Source: Balanoglossus misakiensis | Taxonomy: Eukaryota > Animalia > Hemichordata | DNA: 64,000 nt | Direction: 5' to 3' | Assembly (NCBI GenBank): GCA_040954595.2 | Contig: CM082587.2 | Span: 9,429,403-9,493,402 of the forward strand | Part shown: positions 62,301 through 64,000 of the stretch, piece by piece | How the letters are laid out: each line of letters starts with the position of its first letter | Numbering within the stretch: position 1 is the stretch's first letter | Notes under the pieces: model-generated | Told to the model about the DNA's origin: nothing | The model's input: only the letters and a program-made list of their open reading frames with translations | The model's database searches: none | Translations under genes and position numbers: made by a program

Positions 62301-63148
62301 CGAAGTAGAGCGTTTCAAGGTTGAATGACACCCTATACATGCAACATTTTCATTTCATCAACTTCTGCAGATGTATAAAAGCCCAAATAATGCTAACTCT
62401 GGACCATTTTAACTGTAAATATTGACCTTTTTTTCTCTCCATACATTAATAGTGGAATGTAGTTCAATGAAAGAAGTAAAATTCTACTGCTGTAGCATCA
62501 TACAAGCGATAATTAATGTCCGTCTGGTCATATGACATATTGATAAATGGGTTCAATATAATTAAAACATATTTGAGCAGAGTGCAAAACAAAGGCAAAT
62601 GTTCTAATAGCATTTGCATTGTTTTCGGGTATTTTATCTTATGACAGAAATTAGTTTAAAGGCCGACGAGCCTTTTACGCCCATTTGCGTAATTTTGTGT
62701 GAACAAATATTACGTAGAATCCATGTAATGCAAAGTTTGCATTCAACGCAGTCAAATAGTGGACTGCCTTTGTTTCCTACCATATTTCATTTGCACAGTA
62801 TAAGTAGATGTCCCTTCTTTTCACCAAATTTGCTGTCTTTTCCCGATCTCCAACACAGACTATGGCCGCCCCGCAATCTTGTCTGTTGTTAGTACAGCAA
62901 ACTGCCTTATGGCATTGACTATACAATTTTTTAACACGAGTCTCTGGTTCAGCATGTGCACATTAACCTAATTGTGTTTGTTTGAAATTGATACCTCATT
63001 TTTCTTTCATTTCAATTTTGCATGTGTACAGAGAAAATCTGATGACTCCGCCAGGCTCACCACCTTCAAGGCGCCGTTTTATAGATGAGAAAAATGTTTT
63101 CTCAAGGCTGTCACAGACAAACTCACCAAGTGTTATTTATGCTGACAG
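12453..63148 (+). CDS. KIF21: Kinesin-4 family KIF21A/B ortholog, 28 exons in window (about 1260 aa); continues 3' (WD40 tail not in window)
   Basis: Motor motifs [16 protein letters not shown] (P-loop), NAQSSRSH (switch I), DLAGSE (switch II), [20 protein letters not shown] and [20 protein letters not shown]21-type stalk [29 protein letters not shown] and PPGSPPSR...NVFSRL. All exon phases join without stops (3782 nt). Confidence 0.96.
14228..14430. mobile_element. Merlin/IS1595-family MITE with internal TTAGGG/CCCTAA repeats
   Basis: Perfect TIR GGATCTGGTTCACTTAGTGGACACGACTATACCCCATGGGCGATA; 8-bp TSD TTCATTAT; same termini as 36421-37737. Confidence 0.92.
14842..15021 (+). CDS. KIF21: KIF21 exon 2
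   Basis: [13 protein letters not shown]...ELIEG; AG/GT ends. Confidence 0.95.
16349..16574 (+). CDS. KIF21: KIF21 exon 3 (P-loop)
   Basis: [20 protein letters not shown]. Confidence 0.97.
16950..17006 (+). CDS. KIF21: KIF21 exon 4
   Basis: [19 protein letters not shown]; AG/GT ends. Confidence 0.92.
17520..17612 (+). CDS. KIF21: KIF21 exon 5
   Basis: [20 protein letters not shown]; AG/GT ends. Confidence 0.93.
17925..18050 (+). CDS. KIF21: KIF21 exon 6 (switch I)
   Basis: [24 protein letters not shown]. Confidence 0.96.
19168..19433 (+). mobile_element. 3' end of L2/CR1-type LINE
   Basis: [45 protein letters not shown], then GCGCTATATAAA and (TTGA)n tail. Confidence 0.85.
19498..19668 (+). 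CDS. KIF21: KIF21 exon 7 (switch II)
   Basis: [34 protein letters not shown]. Confidence 0.96.
19690..19897. mobile_element. TA-flanked MITE family B
   Basis: TIR TACTGTAAAACACTTTATTTTCG ... CGAAAATAAAGTGTTTTACAGTA. Confidence 0.85.
20765..20880 (+). CDS. KIF21: KIF21 exon 8
   Basis: [12 protein letters not shown]...[20 protein letters not shown]. Confidence 0.96.
21150..21345 (+). CDS. KIF21: KIF21 exon 9 (motor end/neck)
   Basis: [33 protein letters not shown]. Confidence 0.96.
21661..21970 (+). mobile_element. Hairpin-capped non-coding element (Crypton-like, inferred)
   Basis: 143-nt near-perfect palindrome 21661-21803, then a second IR domain tatattatgccagtatattga...tcaatatactggtataatata. 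Confidence 0.65.
21985..22429 (-). mobile_element. Hairpin-capped non-coding element (Crypton-like, inferred), opposite orientation
   Basis: IR domain acctcatgcta...tagcatgaggt, then palindrome 22239-22429 centred on ctcggcctgcggcctcag. Confidence 0.65.
22579..22768 (+). CDS. KIF21: KIF21 exon 10
   Basis: [31 protein letters not shown]. Confidence 0.94.
25771..27181. mobile_element. Mutator-like non-autonomous element with captured LINE fragment
   Basis: About 100-bp TIRs starting CAATCTGATTAAAATCAGATGTAGGGAACGGCGAC; 9-bp TSD GTGTTTACG (25762-70, 27182-90); right terminal 24 bp duplicated around an insert of about 140 bp. Confidence 0.82.
27870..28204. mobile_element. TTAA-flanked MITE (Kolobok-like), decayed
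   Basis: TTAA-agcccctgtagcggcca ... tggcagctatagaggcc-TTAA. Confidence 0.5.
28209..28935. mobile_element. TTAA-flanked non-autonomous DNA transposon (Kolobok-like)
   Basis: TTAA-GGTGGCATTGCATGAAA ... TTTCATGCAATGCCACC-TTAA. Confidence 0.82.
29111..29174 (+). CDS. KIF21: KIF21 exon 11
   Basis: [13 protein letters not shown]; phase 1-2. Confidence 0.9.
30172..30303 (+). CDS. KIF21: KIF21 exon 12
   Basis: [16 protein letters not shown]...; ttccAG/AG|GTagg; phase 2-2. Confidence 0.82.
30452..33221 (+). mobile_element. Two head-to-tail Helentron-type non-autonomous (DINE/HINE-like) elements (30452-32645, 32651-33221)
   Basis: 5' TTTTAGGTCCCATT..CCAT(G/A)GGACC short IR, (TGTA/TGGA)n microsatellite, 3' AAT(G/A)GGACC subterminal IR plus GTGTCCTTGACGC hairpin, T-rich flanks, no TSD. 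Confidence 0.75.
30974..31712 (+). mobile_element. Hairpin-capped non-coding element (Crypton-like, inferred) nested in HINE
   Basis: Palindrome 30974-31099 centred on cccgaccgcagggaggg; IR domain ttatcatatgcct...aggcatatgataa. Confidence 0.68.
33260..33382 (+). CDS. KIF21: KIF21 exon 13
   Basis: [16 protein letters not shown]; phase 2-2. Confidence 0.85.
33590..33871. mobile_element. Short deletion derivative of the MULE-like family at 25771
   Basis: atctgattaaaacagatgtaggg ... ccctacatctgattttaatcagattg; imperfect AATTTTT flanking duplication. Confidence 0.75.
34335..34459 (+). CDS. KIF21: KIF21 exon 14 (acidic linker)
   Basis: [25 protein letters not shown]; phase 2-1. Confidence 0.85.
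34608..34802 (+). CDS. KIF21: KIF21 exon 15
   Basis: [26 protein letters not shown]; tandem TAG/AAG acceptor. Confidence 0.93.
34860..35225 (+). mobile_element. Decayed HINE-like copy ending just upstream of KIF21 exon 16
   Basis: 3' end taatccctacatgggaccacagtgtccttgatgc. Confidence 0.6.
35247..35446 (+). CDS. KIF21: KIF21 exon 16
   Basis: [10 protein letters not shown]...[10 protein letters not shown]...EMKKSK. Confidence 0.93.
36421..37737 (-). mobile_element. Merlin (IS1595/ISXO2-like) DNA transposon with defective transposase
   Basis: TIRs GGAT(C/A)TGGTTC(T/A)CTTAGTGGACA; 8-bp TSD GGATGCAC; ORF 36550..37329 with [30 protein letters not shown] and YLDEFMW; IIHSDQWAA lies in another frame. 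Confidence 0.93.
38821..38928 (+). CDS. KIF21: KIF21 exon 17
   Basis: [11 protein letters not shown]...[13 protein letters not shown]. Confidence 0.92.
39069..39199 (-). mobile_element. Solo hairpin of hairpin-capped element class
   Basis: Imperfect palindrome ggtttatacacaaaata...tattttgtgaataacc centred on ggacttgcctgcagctcatcc. Confidence 0.5.
39263..39331 (+). CDS. KIF21: KIF21 exon 18
   Basis: [23 protein letters not shown]. Confidence 0.92.
40412..42640 (-). mobile_element. Decayed LINE (CR1/L2/Crack-like): ORF1 plus APE endonuclease, RT missing
   Basis: ORF1 Cys-rich start, coiled coil, IDVAH...RPRPIILRF...INEN; endonuclease [37 protein letters not shown]; many frameshifts; inserted in a HINE copy. 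Confidence 0.88.
42752..42955 (+). CDS. KIF21: KIF21 exon 19
   Basis: [18 protein letters not shown]...[11 protein letters not shown]. Confidence 0.92.
43281..45257 (-). mobile_element. Tigger/pogo DNA transposon remnant (CENP-B HTH plus DDE), disrupted
   Basis: TA|CAGTCCAACCTTGATATAAC terminus; [49 protein letters not shown]. Confidence 0.9.
44701..45025 (-). mobile_element. L2-type LINE patchwork inserted in Tigger transposase
   Basis: [24 protein letters not shown]...PAYISDLL, and a 3' segment nearly identical to 19227-19337. Confidence 0.82.
45559..45627 (+). CDS. KIF21: KIF21 exon 20 (GC donor)
   Basis: [23 protein letters not shown], then CAG|GCaagt; phase 0 joins 47700. Confidence 0.88.
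46038..46393. mobile_element. TTAA-associated MITE family A
   Basis: ttaaAGGGACAAAGTCTCTCTCTCGCTGCC ... GGCAGCGAGAGAGAGACTTTGTCCCttaa. Confidence 0.85.
47559..48147. repeat. About 90-bp direct repeat flanking KIF21 exon 21 (47559-47648; 48031-48120)
   Basis: tacttctttgtc(t/c)aaaggaatttgaagc...gggatttattttgta twice; the second copy is bracketed by a duplication of about 29 bp. Confidence 0.88.
47700..47888 (+). CDS. KIF21: KIF21 exon 21
   Basis: NRKML...[27 protein letters not shown]. Confidence 0.93.
48537..48857. mobile_element. MITE family A, right end truncated
   Basis: Left TIR and internal palindromic body match 2890 and 46038. Confidence 0.78.
49264..51352 (+). mobile_element. Two head-to-tail HINE-like elements (49264-50745, 50750-51352)
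   Basis: Same 5' IR, microsatellite and 3' AATGGGACC...TCCTTGAC architecture; the two copies are nearly identical. Confidence 0.8.
49356..50234. mobile_element. Tc1/mariner-pogo type non-autonomous element, TA TSD
   Basis: TA|CAGTGAAACCTGGCAAAACCGACC ... GGTCGGTTTTGCCAGGTTTTACTG|TA with subterminal GGTCGG repeats; splits a HINE microsatellite. Confidence 0.88.
52342..52443 (+). CDS. KIF21: KIF21 exon 22
   Basis: [18 protein letters not shown]. Confidence 0.93.
52842..53007 (+). CDS. KIF21: KIF21 exon 23
   Basis: [17 protein letters not shown]...QQQLLQHVL; phase 0-1. Confidence 0.88.
54192..54765 (+). mobile_element. Hairpin-capped non-coding element (Crypton-like, inferred)
   Basis: Palindrome 54192-54333 centred on cacgagccgtcaggcgagtg; IR domain tatattatatca...tgatataatata with CCAATCAG. 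Confidence 0.68.
55191..55458 (-). mobile_element. Truncated inverted copy of the 54192 element
   Basis: Reverse complement of about 54187-54453. Confidence 0.72.
55511..56700 (-). mobile_element. Tigger/pogo remnant (3' half of transposase)
   Basis: TA|CAGT terminus with subterminal TCCGAA/TTCGGA; ORF 55943..56602 [22 protein letters not shown]...KQATLDSFF. Confidence 0.88.
57353..57410 (+). CDS. KIF21: KIF21 exon 24 (Ser-rich)
   Basis: [19 protein letters not shown]; tacAG/AG|GTtagt; phase 1-2. Confidence 0.75.
58143..58251 (+). CDS. KIF21: KIF21 exon 25
   Basis: GESNVIN...[11 protein letters not shown]|GTaagc; phase 2-0 is needed to restore frame into ARRRT. Confidence 0.72.
58308..59680 (+). 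mobile_element. Two further HINE-like copies (58308 to about 59230; 59237-59680 truncated)
   Basis: GTCCCATTTGG..CCATGGGACCTTATGG starts; shared body. Confidence 0.72.
59681..60920 (-). mobile_element. 5' part (gag-like ORF1) of DIRS/Ngaro-type tyrosine-recombinase retrotransposon
   Basis: GC-rich block with frameshifted ORFs 60463..60774, 59991..60341 and 59661..59867. The last reads [25 protein letters not shown]...[17 protein letters not shown], a pattern I recall from Ngaro/DIRS ORF1. Confidence 0.65.
61278..61522 (+). CDS. KIF21: KIF21 exon 26 (KANK-binding-like motif)
   Basis: [14 protein letters not shown]...LMPPPPPP. Confidence 0.88.
62032..62139 (+). CDS. KIF21: KIF21 exon 27
   Basis: SFHNSEEEK...[13 protein letters not shown]; cacAG/CT|GTgagt; phase 2-2. 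Confidence 0.75.
63032..63148 (+). CDS. KIF21: KIF21 exon 28
   Basis: [25 protein letters not shown]. Confidence 0.88.
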
Positions 63149-63439
63149 GTAAGAATGTGAACATTTATTGTATCTAATGGCATAATAACAAGCTTAGCTT
63201 TTTTGTCAGACCTGGTTGCTAAGCATTAAGCTGACTGCCCTTCATTGCCCGTCTATCTCAATTCAAGCTCAAATCACCAGAATACAGTTATACAGTCAAC
63301 AGAACACTTAATCATTGCACCACTGGTCTCATGCCATGAAATATGTAATGTGCCAGATTATGGCAGATGCAGGCCCTGGAGACAGTTATTTCTCCAAATG
63401 TTGATGCTGGTGTCCACATTCCGGTGATAAGCCCTTGGT

Positions 63440-63850
63440 GATGATACACACTTACTCCAGGACAAGGTGCAAACTTGGGACTTCATTCATGGGAACATCA
63501 CATTGTCCTGCCAGAGAAATCCAGAGCAGATCATTAGTGGTGGATTCATCAGTCTCAGTTGCACAACGGTCAACCACTCCATCCTCTTCCGCCAGATCTG
63601 ACCAATCAGGCAGATGCCTCCCTCATTGGGTGGGGCGCTGTGTGCAGTCACCTATCAACTCAAGGCCGCTGGACACTACAGGAGAGATCTCTTCACATCA
63701 ATGCCTTGGAATTAAAGGCTGCGTTTGTGACTGTCCAGTCATTTGTTCAGGACAAGTCGAATCTGTTGGTGGCTCTTCAGTTAGACAACAAGTCAGCGGC
63801 GGCATATTTGAATCACCAGGGGGAGGGAAGTCTCTACAGCTGTGAAGTCT
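63440..63850 (+). mobile_element. DIRS1-type RNase H fragment
   Basis: DASLIGWGAV...QGRWT..E...HINALELKA...LQLDNKSAAAYLNHQG. Confidence 0.85.
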
Positions 63851-64000
63851 CCATAGCTCTCCAGGTGTGACAGTTTTTCGAGTCTCGGAACATATTAACT
63901 CTATCCGATATGTATTTGCCAGGGGTGTCAAATTTTCTGGCAGGTCACCAGTCCAGGTCATTTATCAATCAGCACAACTACAAGTTTGACATTTTTAGGC

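Overview
AT-rich, intron-rich eukaryotic (animal) genomic DNA. The repeat landscape suggests a marine invertebrate, but the taxon cannot be fixed from sequence alone. Two + strand genes are present. (1) 450-6631 holds the last six coding exons of an SRCIN1/KIAA1217(sickle tail)/CG32809-like scaffold gene. (2) 12453 to beyond 63148 holds a kinesin-4 KIF21 ortholog. I reconstructed 28 phase-consistent exons by hand (3782 nt, about 1260 aa: motor, coiled-coil stalk, autoinhibitory segment, KANK-binding motif); the WD40 tail lies past the window, and intron 20 has a GC donor. The introns are packed with mostly decayed mobile DNA: Helentron-type non-autonomous (DINE/HINE-like) repeats, a Merlin/IS1595 element and its MITE carrying TTAGGG repeats, two Tigger/pogo remnants, TA- and TTAA-flanked MITEs, a Mutator-like element with a 9-bp TSD, LINE fragments and DIRS/Ngaro fragments. 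Three observations stand out. First, several sequence-divergent elements share a polarised hairpin capped by tandem G-A mismatches and a GNA/GNNA loop. Second, the MULE-like element carries about 140 bp copied from a decayed LINE 14 kb away, and a second locally templated insertion has the same layout. Third, HINE 3' ends lie at branch-point distance from KIF21 acceptors. No CRISPR array, rRNA or tRNA was seen. All homology calls come from recalled motifs, not database searches.
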